Below, piece after piece: positions 53,452 to 64,000 of a DNA stretch of 64,000 bases. Origin of the DNA: Nitrospirota bacterium (GTDB lineage Bacteria; Nitrospirota; Nitrospiria; Nitrospirales; Nitrospiraceae); NCBI GenBank assembly GCA_963703955.1, contig CAVPGK010000013.1, forward strand, positions 156,015-220,014, written 5' to 3'. The translations under genes were made by a program, and so were the position numbers. Within the stretch, counting starts at the first letter, position 1. Every line of letters begins with the position of its first letter. The notes beneath the pieces are model-generated. The model saw only the letters and a list, made by a program, of their open reading frames with translations, ran no database searches and was not told the origin of the DNA.

Positions 53452-53991
53452 TCCACCACTATACTGGAATATTTCTCGCTGACCTCTGCGAAACCTGCCA
53501 TCGTATGGTGCGCTTCGTGTTCTAACCGCATGGAAGGAGAACAGTCTCTTTCGCGGTCAGCAAGGATGTCTGTCGTTTCAACGTCCCATGCTAACCGCAG
53601 CGTAACCGACTGTCTGTTAGACTCCAATCTCTATCCGCACTTAATCAAAAGAGCAATTGTCTTGTTACCGATAGCTTTAAGCGCTACTGCCCTGCTAATC
53701 AGAACGACAGACCAATCTAAAGAAGGGTTCCGAGGGCGCCGTAGTTAACTCGGTGTGGCATAGATCAGCCGACGCGCATGCAATGGAGTAAACGTGGCTC
53801 ATCGATAAATCAGTGGATGACGTGTCTAAGTCCGCTTCCTCTCGCATAGCCAAGTGCATATCGAACGATATGCGAGTCAGACGCCTCCATTTGATGTCAC
53901 CAGCCATGAGAACCGGAAAGTTATTTTAGGTGCGTTACGTGTCATAAACTGAGTAGTATTTCATGCGCATATCCTGAGATGGACCCGTTGA

Positions 53992-55611
53992 ATGTCTCGA
54001 GTCTCACACTACAACGCTATTATCGTTGGGGCTGGCCATAACGGTCTTGTGACCGCCTGTTATCTGGCACGGGCTGGGTGGAGAGTCTTGATCTTGGAGA
54101 GACGCCATATTCTTGGCGGAGCCTGTGTTAGCGAGGAAACCTTTCCGGGTTTCAGAGTATCCACCGCGGCATATGTGAACAGTCTCTTTAGACAAGATAT
54201 CATTCGTGATTTCGGCCTCGAAAAGTATGGGTTTCAGGTGTTGGAGCGCGAGCCCTCTTCTTTCACTCCATTTCCTGATGGCCGTCATTTGTTATTGGGC
54301 GCCGATCATAGATTGAACCATGAGGAAATTTCGAAGTTTAGCACTCGCGATGCTAACAACTACTCTGCATATGAAGACATGTTGGACCGGATAAAACGCG
54401 TTGTTGACCCCATACTGACCATGACTCCACCGGACATACGGAAACCTGGCCTTCGGGATCTCTGGAATTTGTTTCATTTGGGAAGGGATTTTCTTAAGCT
54501 GGGGCGATACAGGAGCGACGCAATCGAGCTGTTTACTTGCCCAGCCCGCACAATACTGGATCGGTGGTTTGAATCAGAACAACTGAAGGGCACACTAGCA
54601 ACGGATGCCGTCATCGGGACAATGGCCTCACCTTCTACTCCGGGCACAGCGTATATCCTCCTTCATCATCTTATGGGAGAAACAAAAGGCCGGCGAGGTA
54701 TGTGGGGATATGTACGGGGGGGAATGGGAGGATTAACACAAGCCTTGGCTGCAGCAGCCCGCGATTTAAAAGTAGACATACGGTGCAGTGCGGAAGTCAA
54801 TCATATCTTGATCCAAGACCGTACTGTGTCCGGCGTCACTTTAGATGATGGCGATGAGTTCTATGCGCCGGTGGTGGCCAGCAACGCTGACGCTCATATC
54901 ACCTTTAGACGGCTCGTCGATCCAAAGCACCTTCCCAAAGATTTTCTGGAGGCAGTCGATCGTATCAGCTATGAGAGTGCCTCACTTAAGATTAATGTAG
55001 CCCTTAGTGAGCTACCAAACTTCCTTGCGCACCCTGATGCTTCTTCTCGGGGCCGGCATCTTCGCGGAACAATTCATATCTGTCCTGATTTAGACTACAT
55101 AGAGCATGCCTTCGATGACGCAAAGTATGGGCGCCCCTCAACGTATCCTATTTTAGAATGTACCATCCCATCCGTTGTAGACCCTACGGTAGCTCCGCCG
55201 GGCAAACACCTCATGTCACTGTTTGTTCAGTATGCTCCCTATAAGCTTAATGGTGCGACGTGGGATGAATTGCGAGAGTCTGTAGCGGACCGCTGCTTCG
55301 ATATCTTAAATGAGTATGCGCCCAACTTTAGGGCTGCAGTTCTCTCACGTCAAATCCTTACCCCACTGGACTTAGAAAGAACCTTTAATTTAACCGGCGG
55401 TAATATTTTTCAGGGCGCCATGACTCTTAATCAACTATTCTGCTTTCGCCCTCTCTTAGGATACGCCAACTATCGCACCCCGATTGCCGGTCTGTACCTA
55501 TGCGGCTCTGCTGCCCACCCCGGCGGAGGTGTCATGGGTACACCTGGGGCAAACGCAGCACGCGAGATACTTCGTGACAACAGAGCGAGACCGGGCTCCG
55601 GCCTTATGTAG
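53992..55611 (+). CDS. Phytoene dehydrogenase-like FAD oxidoreductase (PYROXD2-like)
   Basis: GAGHNGL, LERR...GGA, GGMGGL, GGNIFQG, GLYLCGSAAHPGGGV. Confidence 0.9.
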   Translation: MSRVSHYNAIIVGAGHNGLVTACYLARAGWRVLILERRHILGGACVSEETFPGFRVSTAAYVNSLFRQDIIRDFGLEKYGFQVLEREPSSFTPFPDGRHLLLGADHRLNHEEISKFSTRDANNYSAYEDMLDRIKRVVDPILTMTPPDIRKPGLRDLWNLFHLGRDFLKLGRYRSDAIELFTCPARTILDRWFESEQLKGTLATDAVIGTMASPSTPGTAYILLHHLMGETKGRRGMWGYVRGGMGGLTQALAAAARDLKVDIRCSAEVNHILIQDRTVSGVTLDDGDEFYAPVVASNADAHITFRRLVDPKHLPKDFLEAVDRISYESASLKINVALSELPNFLAHPDASSRGRHLRGTIHICPDLDYIEHAFDDAKYGRPSTYPILECTIPSVVDPTVAPPGKHLMSLFVQYAPYKLNGATWDELRESVADRCFDILNEYAPNFRAAVLSRQILTPLDLERTFNLTGGNIFQGAMTLNQLFCFRPLLGYANYRTPIAGLYLCGSAAHPGGGVMGTPGANAAREILRDNRARPGSGLM

Positions 55612-55890
55612 ATGTCCCTCCGTGCGTCCGGCGAGGCCAGGAACGCGACGACGTCGGCCACGTCTGCTGGCGCGCCGAGACGGCCGAGCGGTGTGCGCGT
55701 GATGATGCTCTTCTTCACGTCCTCGCTCAGCAGTGCCTTGAGCACCTCCGTTTCTACTGGACCTGGCGCAACCGCATTGACGGTCACGCGCCGTGGTCCC
55801 AGCTCGGTCGCCCACACGCGAGTCGACGCGTTCAGCGCGGCCTTCGTCGCCGAGTAGACCGACTGACCCGCCAGAGAGAGCGTGGCGGAT
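55612..55890 (-). pseudogene. SDR internal/C-terminal fragment
   Basis: YSATKAA, VNAVAPGPV, TPLGRLG; both ends missing. Confidence 0.75.
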
Positions 55891-55917
55891 ATCGAGCTGG
55901 TGCGAGCCGTGCGCGGT

Positions 55918-56532
55918 TCACTCTCTCCGCCGGATGACCGCGAACCACATTCTCGGCCCACCCGTCGAGAACGACATCCCCATTGCCTCAGGGTTCACCT
56001 CGAACCGAGATGGCTGAATGGATTCGACCTCCCAACCGTCGGCGAAGGCGTCGTAGAGCTCCTGCCGCGACACTCTCCGTGGGCCTTCTGTTCCCGGTTC
56101 TTCGTTGCTGAAACACGCGAGGAACAACCGGCCGTCCGGCACGAGCACGGTCGCGAGCCCCTCGACGTAGCGCCGCCGGTCGTCGTCGGAGAAGACATGG
56201 AACAGGCCGCTGTCGATCACGGTCGCGAACCGCACGCCCCAGTTGCGGAGCGTCAGCGCATCCTTGACGAGGAACTCGACGGAGAACACCCGTTCGGCCG
56301 CCTTGGCCCGGGCCCGCTCGATCGCCTCCTCCACAAAGTCGATGCCAGTCACCCGGTGGCCCCGCGCGGCGAAGAACAGGGCGTTATCCCCCGTGCCGCA
56401 GCCGGCGTCGAGGACGGGGCTCTCGACCAGGTCGGCGACCGCAACGAACGGAGTCTGCGGCCTGCCGATGTCCCACGGCGCATTCCCGGCGTAGAAGCTC
56501 TCAAATGCGGTTCGGTCTATCGTGTTGCTCAT
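55918..56532 (-). CDS. Class I SAM-dependent methyltransferase
   Basis: PWDIGRPQ, VLDAGCGTG, DSGLFHVF. Confidence 0.9.
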   Translation of the reverse strand: MSNTIDRTAFESFYAGNAPWDIGRPQTPFVAVADLVESPVLDAGCGTGDNALFFAARGHRVTGIDFVEEAIERARAKAAERVFSVEFLVKDALTLRNWGVRFATVIDSGLFHVFSDDDRRRYVEGLATVLVPDGRLFLACFSNEEPGTEGPRRVSRQELYDAFADGWEVESIQPSRFEVNPEAMGMSFSTGGPRMWFAVIRRRE

Positions 56533-57374
56533 TCAGGTACCTCCTCTGACGAGATGGACAGAGATCGTCGCAAAACGTCGTGGGCTGCCGACAAGGATAA
56601 GGAGTCTTCGTGGTTCTTGCCTGCCACGCTAAGGATTTGTGATTCGAGAAGTCCCATAGATCGACACGAGATATTAAGGGGCTGCTGAGGCGTCCCCCAA
56701 ACGGCTGATCCTATCTGGCCGGTATTAAAAGACACGCTATCTTGATTCTCTGGAAAAGCTGACCTCTGCACCATTGTACCGGATGCGTCCATGAACTCGG
56801 TCTGCCCAGATGTTCGAACCGTAAGGATATAGCGCACATTCACAGTTACAATTGTGTCGTTGTCCTTCGGTGTAACATAGATGTTAGTGCGTCCCTCCAA
56901 AGCTGTCTTGCGTGTTACGTATTCCACCGCTGGTAGATTATTATTAAGGCCCCACGCCGAAGCGACCTTGTAAGAATTGGAGCCTGCCACAGGATACGCG
57001 AAGGTTTTAGACTCATCACCGTATTGAAACCTGCGCTCAGAGGTCCCGCAATCAACGTAGGTCTCAGGTTTGCCGGTTGAGAAAGAAACGTTGATGATCC
57101 TTGAGACTCTCTCGACGTTGTTAATAAACAAAAAGCTCTTCGCGAGTTCGCTTACTAGACTATCCCAGGTGTCAGAGAACGGACGTTTCACGACAAGTTC
57201 GTTCTTGAAAGGTTCCATGTCCTTCGGTTCCTTGTACTGGTGATTTGAGGTGCCTGGTGTTGCACACGAAACGATGCTGCATGCCAAAGTCAGCGAGAGT
57301 CCCAAGGTGTTACCAGTCCGGCAGAATTGAACGAGACCTTCCGCGATATCCATAATGTTCTTGCCGTCACTCAT
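56529..57374 (-). CDS. Hypothetical protein, possible lipoprotein
   Basis: LACSIVSCAT leader; YVDCG motif. Confidence 0.65.
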   Translation of the reverse strand: MSDGKNIMDIAEGLVQFCRTGNTLGLSLTLACSIVSCATPGTSNHQYKEPKDMEPFKNELVVKRPFSDTWDSLVSELAKSFLFINNVERVSRIINVSFSTGKPETYVDCGTSERRFQYGDESKTFAYPVAGSNSYKVASAWGLNNNLPAVEYVTRKTALEGRTNIYVTPKDNDTIVTVNVRYILTVRTSGQTEFMDASGTMVQRSAFPENQDSVSFNTGQIGSAVWGTPQQPLNISCRSMGLLESQILSVAGKNHEDSLSLSAAHDVLRRSLSISSEEVPE

Positions 57375-57376
57375 AT

Positions 57377-57601
57377 TCACCTCCATGCGACAGTGACTCG
57401 AAGAGCCCTATTTCTTCTTCTTCGCCGCACTGTACACGGGCGTCCGCCCGCCAGGTTCTCGGCGTTGTCCCAGAAGTCAGTGCAGGGCTCCACGACCATG
57501 AGGCCTCCACAGCGCAAGCACTTCCCCGCAGCAGCAATGCCCTTCAAATTTCTTGCATCCACCTCTGGTCTTTCCGAAGGGATCCGACTTCCGTGGCCAT
57601 A
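57377..57601 (-). pseudogene. Degraded small Zn-ribbon protein
   Basis: CLRCGGLMV present; VQCGE lies in a shifted frame. Confidence 0.55.
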
Positions 57602-57656
57602 GCTGCCTCCTTCCGATCCCTCTCCAACCCCTCTCCCGTGTCTGCTGGTCATCTGT

Positions 57657-57836
57657 CGATGATTGGCTCTTGACGCTAAGGTAAGGCATAGACCGTTCCA
57701 GCCATGGGCCGAAGCACCACGGACCTGACAAGTCACGGACAGAAGAGGGGTTATGACGAATCGAATGCGGGCTCTGCGTGTGGGGTGTGACCAAGTGTCC
57801 GCGCCGAAGGAACGTCACGACGCCGAAAGATCGGCG
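57657..57836. repeat. 180-bp direct repeat, copy 2
   Basis: About 90% identical to 39720-39899. Confidence 0.92.
57686..57700 (-). promoter_or_regulatory. Sigma54 -24/-12 promoter
   Basis: TGGAACGGTCTATGC, identical to 39749-39763. Confidence 0.65.
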
Positions 57837-58240
57837 CGTTGGTCGGGTGCATGCGACTGAGTCTTAGACTGAACGTGACATCGAGAGGAGCTAAACCGGC
57901 TTGGTACAAAAACCTCGCGTTGCCAATCAGCACCACCCCGGCATCGATTCCTTGGTTTGGGGTCTCCATACAGGATTACACGACCAGGTGCTTAGCCATG
58001 CTCCTCTCCGTGCTTATGCTGGCATTTGTGTTTCCGGTGTGGGCGATACTGGAATTGATCGGTTTAGGCAGCATAGCCGGAACGGAAACGGATCGATCCA
58101 GCTTGACGGTGTCACTCGAGGATGGAACGCCACACAACCGACATAAAACCCTGAGAAGATGGGAGAGACTCAATCAGGACGGTGGTCAGAAAGAATTTAC
58201 ACGCGTTTAATACAGACGCTATTTACCGGCAATCTCCTGA

Positions 58241-58546
58241 ATGTATGCTCGGCTCAGATTTCGTCCCCTTAGCACCGAAGCAAAACCTGTGTCACGGCGT
58301 GACAGGTCAGACAAAAACTGTGAGCGCTGTCATGGCTTGATGGTGGTCGATCAGCTGTACGATAGGAGCGAGACTTTGGTGTCGCCATGTTATCGCTGCG
58401 TGAATTGTGGAGAACTTGTCGACTCGTTGATTTTGCAACATCGCCAGCATCGGCCAGAGCCACGCCGGGAGATCGACCTTCCTATGTTCGACCTGGAGAC
58501 ATGGCGCTTGCGAGTGATCGCGAGGACGAGAAAACCAGAAGATTGA
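58241..58546 (+). CDS. Small Zn-ribbon hypothetical protein
   Basis: CERCHGLMV...RCVNCGELVD. Confidence 0.65.
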   Translation: MYARLRFRPLSTEAKPVSRRDRSDKNCERCHGLMVVDQLYDRSETLVSPCYRCVNCGELVDSLILQHRQHRPEPRREIDLPMFDLETWRLRVIARTRKPED

Positions 58547-58603
58547 AGAACGCCGGTTCGCCGACACCCCCTGCGCCTTAAAGAGAAAAGCCGAGACAGC
58601 GTT

Positions 58604-58858
58604 TTACGCCGCTCCTCTCACGTCCATTGGGACCAAGAATACCTGGGTGTTGTCCCTCTGTGACGTGAATTTTCCTGTTTTCGGGCACGTGATCATGTTG
58701 CTACTGAGGGTGGCGAGGGTAGACGGTAGTGCTTTGCCAGCGTAACTATCCACGATGCTCGCTCTTGCTTGAGGACCGTCATCAAGGAGTAACACGATCC
58801 TCATCGGATGAACCTCGGAACATTCGTTGCATATGAAGTGAACGGCGTATTTCGCCAT
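58604..58858 (-). CDS. Small Cys/His-rich hypothetical protein
   Basis: CNECSEVH...CPKTG. Confidence 0.55.
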   Translation of the reverse strand: MAKYAVHFICNECSEVHPMRIVLLLDDGPQARASIVDSYAGKALPSTLATLSSNMITCPKTGKFTSQRDNTQVFLVPMDVRGAA

Positions 58859-59390
58859 GTGTAAGAGACCTGCCTGGGTACCACTTAGATTAGTCCATTG
58901 ATGATTAATGGTCAACCTTGGAGAGAAAAGTCGCATATGTAGACTGCTTGAGGAGAGGCCGCAACCGCTAATCCTGCGCTGCTGCCTCGATGTCCCAGAC
59001 CTCGTTCGCCCTCGCGACGGAAGCCAGTGAAAACGAATAGACCGCTGAGCAGGTGCGCAGGAAACATTTCTAGATATCTAGCAGAAAATTCTGGATATCC
59101 AAATTTCTCGGATACCGCTTGTCTGCCGCAAAAGCGGAGGTCTCTTGTTTTGACAGAGGGTGCGTCGAGTGGGACACTATAACGGATGCATCATGACCAA
59201 CTAAGTAGGATCGCGTTGAAGACTCACAGCATCAGACTCTCCTGCTCGCGAAGGGGAAAACCGACAATTCAAAGTCGAAGGCGGCGATTGTCGCTCAAGA
59301 CGGTCAGCGACTACTTGAGGCAGCTGCTCTTGAACGCCGAGGATTGCAAAGAGGGGTAGGCAGAGATGAAACAATCCGGGAGGTCGATGA

Positions 59391-59639
59391 ATGAGCCTGT
59401 TTGAGATGCTGAGCAATGAACGAGACAAGGTCCAGCGGCTACGGGATGCGCTGTCGGACCTCTTGGCTATAAGCCCGTCGTTGCCCAAACCGGACACGGG
59501 TGCGGAACATATCTGGAATCAGCGAGTTGCCGCTGCAGAGGCCAGTGAAGCAGTAGGAAATCTGGAGACCGAAACTCTCGGACATTATCTTCTCCCAGGG
59601 GTGGCTCGGGTAATTCAGACAGATTTTCCGCTGAGATAA
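59391..59639 (+). CDS. Hypothetical protein
   Basis: GGAGG RBS upstream; 82-aa ORF. Confidence 0.35.
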   Translation: MSLFEMLSNERDKVQRLRDALSDLLAISPSLPKPDTGAEHIWNQRVAAAEASEAVGNLETETLGHYLLPGVARVIQTDFPLR

Positions 59640-59849
59640 GTGGATCTGCTGGGGTTGAACAACGAGGAGGCATTCTGCCTCCGGTCTGGATCTTCTGAAC
59701 AATGGGCGCCGGCGCAGTGCTACATCGTCGATTAAGTTCTCGCTGGCGATTAGCCTGTTGCGGGATTGCGATTCTGTTACCTGACTCGATAATGGAACCA
59801 AGACGGTGACTTCTTGCAGGATCCCACGGAAAATGTTTGATTCCGTGGA

Positions 59850-60248
59850 TTAGCTTTGGGCTTTGGACTTGTTCAGCGTCACGGCGGCGCGAACGAGAGT
59901 CTTCAACGCCTCCTCGTCTATCTTCTCGCCCTCGTGGAAGTCGATGGCACGCCTTGTGTTCCCGTCAAGACTGGAGTTGAAGAGGCCCGAAGGATCCTTC
60001 AGAGCCGCCCCTTTGGCGAAGGTCATCTTCACGACGTTCTTGTAAGTCTCGCCTGTGCAGATCAATCCGTCGTGCGACCACACCGGAACCCCTCTCCACT
60101 TCCACTCCTCGACGACTTCGGGATCGGCTTCCTTGACTAAGGTACGGAGCCGGCTGAGCATCTTGCCCCGCCAGTCGCCTAGCTCCTTGATTCTCGCGTC
60201 TATCAGCTGAGAAGGAGACTTGGTTTTCTGCGACCCGCTCTTCTTCAT
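59850..60248 (-). CDS. DUF1801-domain protein
   Basis: DWRG...ADPEVVEEWKW..PVW...CTGETYK..VK.TF.KGA.L.DP..LFN. Confidence 0.9.
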   Translation of the reverse strand: MKKSGSQKTKSPSQLIDARIKELGDWRGKMLSRLRTLVKEADPEVVEEWKWRGVPVWSHDGLICTGETYKNVVKMTFAKGAALKDPSGLFNSSLDGNTRRAIDFHEGEKIDEEALKTLVRAAVTLNKSKAQS

Positions 60249-60352
60249 GCCCGTTTCTCTTCCTTAGTCCCGAGGCTTTGATAAATGGGGGTCATCGCCA
60301 CCGTGCCGGTTCTACCTGCGGCAGGGAGGGATTCAGAAGTTGTTGAAAAAAA

Positions 60353-60398
60353 TGGTGGGCCGTGCAGGGATCGAACCTGCGGCCCGCTGATTAAGAGT
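60353..60398 (-). mobile_element. att site: 3' fragment of tRNA-Lys(CTT)
   Basis: Minus strand ACTCTTAATCAGCGGGCCGCAGGTTCGATCCCTGCACGGCCCACCA (anticodon loop, T arm, CCA); the 5' half is missing. Confidence 0.85.
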
Positions 60399-60886
60399 GA
60401 ACTAACCGGGATGGCTCAAGTCTTTGATGACATGGGCCATCCCCTGGCTAGTGCTGCATGAGTCCATACTGACTATTCTTACCGATCTGTTTCTCTCTGC
60501 CGGAAACCATTCCAGTTTGTCTCTCTTCCTAACACCTATATAACACCTGCTGTACTTACCACTCGGTGATGGGCACACCCCCCACCGGGGCTACGCTTGA
60601 GACTCATTAGTGCCTCTCGCGGCGAAGGCAAAAGGGCAAGTTACGAAGGCGCACGGTAGCGGCGATAGGACGAAAAGTGTCAAACCGGGGTCTGTCTTTA
60701 TATGCGCACGAAATAATTCGCAGCGGTGAAATGGAACCAATTGACAGGAAAAGGCAGGTATTCGTAGGATCGCCTAGCAAAGGAGGTGCACGATGCATGT
60801 GTGGTCTCTGCCATCGATACCTGAGGGTTCGTCATGACGAGTAAGACGCTCTTCCGTCGTAAAGGTATCTGTCTTCCTTCGCTATT

Positions 60887-63800
60887 ATGTGGCTGGTGGG
60901 GCTCTTGTCTACCATGGCCGCGCCGCCCACTGGAAGCGAGGCCCAAGCGCCGCCAATCACACCGTCGGGTCTGAACACGCAGATCAGCACGCCCACGACG
61001 CTGCCAACTGGACAGATCAACTACAACATCACAGGGGGAACCAGGCCGGGAAACGGGGCCAACCTCTTTCACAGCTTCGGGCAGTTTGGGGTGCCCACCG
61101 CCAACATCGCGAACTTCCTCAACGAGACGGCGCTGCCGACTTCCAACATCCTCGGCCGGGTGACCGGGGGGAATCCCTCGAACATCTTCGGCACGATTCA
61201 GACCAGCGGCTTTGGGAACGCCAATCTGTTTCTGATGAACCCGGCCGGCATCCTCTTCGGCCCCAATGCGACGTTGAACATTGGTGGGATGGCGACCTTC
61301 ACGACGGCGGATTCGCTGAAACTGGCCGACGGGACGGTCTTTCACGCCGCGCCCAATGCGGCGGCCGACGCGCTGCTGAGCGTCGCCCCGGTGGCGTCCT
61401 TTGGGTTCTTAGGGCCGCGGTCGGGTCCGATCACGGTCGATCACAGCACGCTGCAGATGCCGGAGGGGAAGGGGTTGGCGCTGGTGGGTGGAGCGATCAG
61501 CATCGTGGGGGGGCGACTGATCACCAAGGGGGCGCCCATTGAGCTGACCGGGCGCGAGTCGATCGTCGTGTCGGGCGTGGGGCAGGCGGGGCCGACCGGC
61601 GTCTTGACGTCCACCGACAGCACGGGCCAGCGAGGCAGTATCACCCTCTCGGCGCCGACGGTGCGGCTGGAGACGGCGATGGTAGAGAGCACGGCGGGGG
61701 AGATCGGCAGTGCGGGGACGATCAGGATCCAGGGGTTCGGAGGAACGGCGGCGAAAACCGTGTCCCTGGACAATGCCACGGTCCGGACGACGATCAGCGG
61801 CGGCAGCGCGGCCAGCACGCCGGGAGCCATCTCGTTTACGGCGGATACGGTGACCTTGGCCAACGGGACACACATTACGGCCGACACCTCTGGTGCGGCT
61901 CCCGCTGGGGACATCACCTTCAACGTGGGTACTCTGACCACAACCGGAGGGCCGAATCGCATAGAATCACACCCAGAAAACCCCGGGCCTGGGACGTTCA
62001 CACTGACCGGGGTGCTGATTGAGAGCAATAGCAGGAGTCTCGATGCTAGCGCGGGGAAAGCGGGCCAGATCGCCATCCAAGGCATCAATGGTCCAGGAAG
62101 TGCGGCAAGGAGCGTGAGCCTCGACGATACCACACTTGCCACGAAGGTGTTTGGGGGGACGCCCGCGACCACGCCAGCCTCGATCACCATCACTGCGGAC
62201 TCGGTGGCTCTCGGTACAGCGGACTCGGTGGACCTCGGCACCTCAGTAGACCTTGGAAATTTTAAATCAGTCATTGAGGCGGCGTCCGCCGGCTCCGCGC
62301 CTGCGGGGAACATTGCCTTTCACGTCAACACGCTGCGGACGAATGTGCACCCAGATGGCACGCCGATCAAAGGTGCAGGCGGGGCGTTCCTCTTCACAGG
62401 AAGCCAAAGCCGCGACAGCACAGCCGGCCCGGCGGGGACCATCACCATCTCGGGACCGGGCCCGGAGCCTACGGATGTCGCTGCGCTGGTCGCCCTCGAT
62501 AAGATTGGGATCAACACGTCGGTGCTCGGTGGCACCGCCGCCACACCTCCGGCGGCGATCACGATCACGGCAGACACCCTGGCCCTCAGTTCTGAAATAG
62601 GGTCTCGCTTATTTAACGAGTTAAATGCCGAATCCGGGATATTTGCGGGCTCGGGCGGCGCCGCGCCCGCGGGGCATATTGCGTTCAACGTCGGCACGCT
62701 GCGGGCGAATGTCAACCCGGATGGGACGCCAATGGGCCACGGCTATGGGTTCCTCGGCACCTTTAGTCAAAGCCGAGATAACACCGCCGGCCCGGCCGGG
62801 ACCATAACCATTTCGGGGCCGGGCCCGGGACCCACGGATGCCGCCGCCTTGGTGGCCCTCAACAACTTCTCCATCAATACCGATATTGCCGGCGGGACGG
62901 CGGCCACGGTCCCGTCGGTGGTCACGATCACGGCGCACACCCTCACCTTCAGCGGGAGCATCCGCACCAATGAACTTGCGGGTTCGAACGGGGATTCTGG
63001 CGTCATCGTCCGGCGGTGCGCCCGCGGGGAACGTTGTGCTCAACGTGGATACGTTGTCGACCAGTAACACGAACTTTTCGAGCAGTAGTACCAGTGCCGC
63101 CGCCAACGCCGGGAACGCCGGGAGGATCACCATTCAAGGCGTCGCTGGGGCCGGCTCGCTCCCGACGGCCGTGACGCTCAACCAGACCGACATCGCAACG
63201 GAAGCGAACGCCGGCACCGGCGGGTCCATCGCAGTGGCCTCCGCGACGGACATTCTGCTGACGTAACTCCACCATTTCCGCCGCCGTCACCGGCGGCAGC
63301 CAGCCGGGCGGCCATATCACGCTGTCGGCGGATAACCGCATCATACTCACCGGCGGATCGGTGATCTCCGTGCAGAGCACCGGTTTGGGGAATGCGGGCA
63401 ACATCACCCTCACGGCAGGGGAGGAAGTGCTCACACCAACAGTGCGCTGACCACTGCAGCGAGCCATGCCAGCGGCGGCAATATCACGGTAACCGCACCC
63501 GGTCTGATTCAGCTGACGAACAGCCAGATCAACGCGTCGGTGCAAGGATCCACGACCACCGCGGGCGGCAACATCACCATTGACCCGCAGTTTGTGATTT
63601 TGCAGAACGGCCAGATTCTCGCCCAGGCGACGCAGGGTCAGGGCGGGAACATCGCCATTACGACCAATGCCTTGGTCCAGGATGCCACGGAGCCTCGTGG
63701 ATGCGTCATCGCAGTTTGGGGTGAGCGGGACCGTGCGGGTTCAATCGCCGAATGCTCCAGCAGCCGGCAAGATCGTGCCGCTATCCAAGACCCCGCTGGA

Positions 63801-64000
63801 GACCACCCCATTGTTCAGCCAACGTTGCGCAGCGATGGCAACCGGCCAGTACAGCAGCTTCGTGGTGGCGGGGCACTACGGCATGCCGACGGAGCCGGGC
63901 GGCTGGCTGGCGAGCCCGCTGGCGGCGCTGAGTGCAGATGCGGGGCAGGGGCCGCGAGGTGAGGGGCGAGAGGTGACAAATGCGGCCTCCTCGCTCACGC
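60887..64000 (+). CDS. Filamentous haemagglutinin N-terminal-domain (TpsA-like) protein, several frameshifts, 3'-partial
   Basis: NLFHSF, NILGRVTGG.PSNIFG, NLFLMNPAGILFGPNATL; GGNI repeats continue in shifted frames. Confidence 0.9.

Noticed and set aside
60353..60430. Complete tRNA-Lys gene
   Set aside because: The D arm and 5' acceptor strand are absent, so it is treated as an att fragment
1..64000. CRISPR array, rRNA or prophage structural genes
   Set aside because: No regularly spaced repeats, rRNA signatures or phage hallmark proteins were seen

Overview
GC-rich bacterial DNA, most likely Nitrospira. That assignment is inferred from a characteristic ~125-bp palindromic element, small CxRCxGLM...RCxxCG proteins and the fdsGBA-focA locus. 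Region 1-19.9 kb is a block rich in universal stress protein (USP) genes. It holds a cupredoxin, an NAD-dependent formate dehydrogenase (fdsGBA) with a formate/nitrite channel, a cytochrome c, a CusA/CzcA RND pump with its adaptor, a Na/Ca antiporter and a P-type ATPase. Region 20.3-34.1 kb is a minus-strand run of small stress/detox genes and gene fragments, with attC-like half sites and two near-identical ECF42-type promoters. Region 34.5-42.5 kb is the best candidate for an undescribed system: a triple-GAF sigma54 activator, a sigma54 promoter with enhancer-like palindromes, and an operon of an MlaC/HpnM-like protein, two membrane proteins, a QueG-like Fe-S/SCP2 fusion, a CruF-like protein and hpnH. 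Region 43-60.3 kb is a decayed mosaic containing an IS3 remnant, a second sigma54 activator with a Cys-rich GAF domain, a P460-like cytochrome and a second copy of the sigma54 promoter module. It ends at a 3' fragment of tRNA-Lys (att site), followed by a filamentous-haemagglutinin-like gene. Many genes carry single-base frameshifts, which are probably assembly errors rather than true pseudogenes. No CRISPR array, rRNA or complete tRNA was seen. All family assignments are by motif recognition only, with no database searches.
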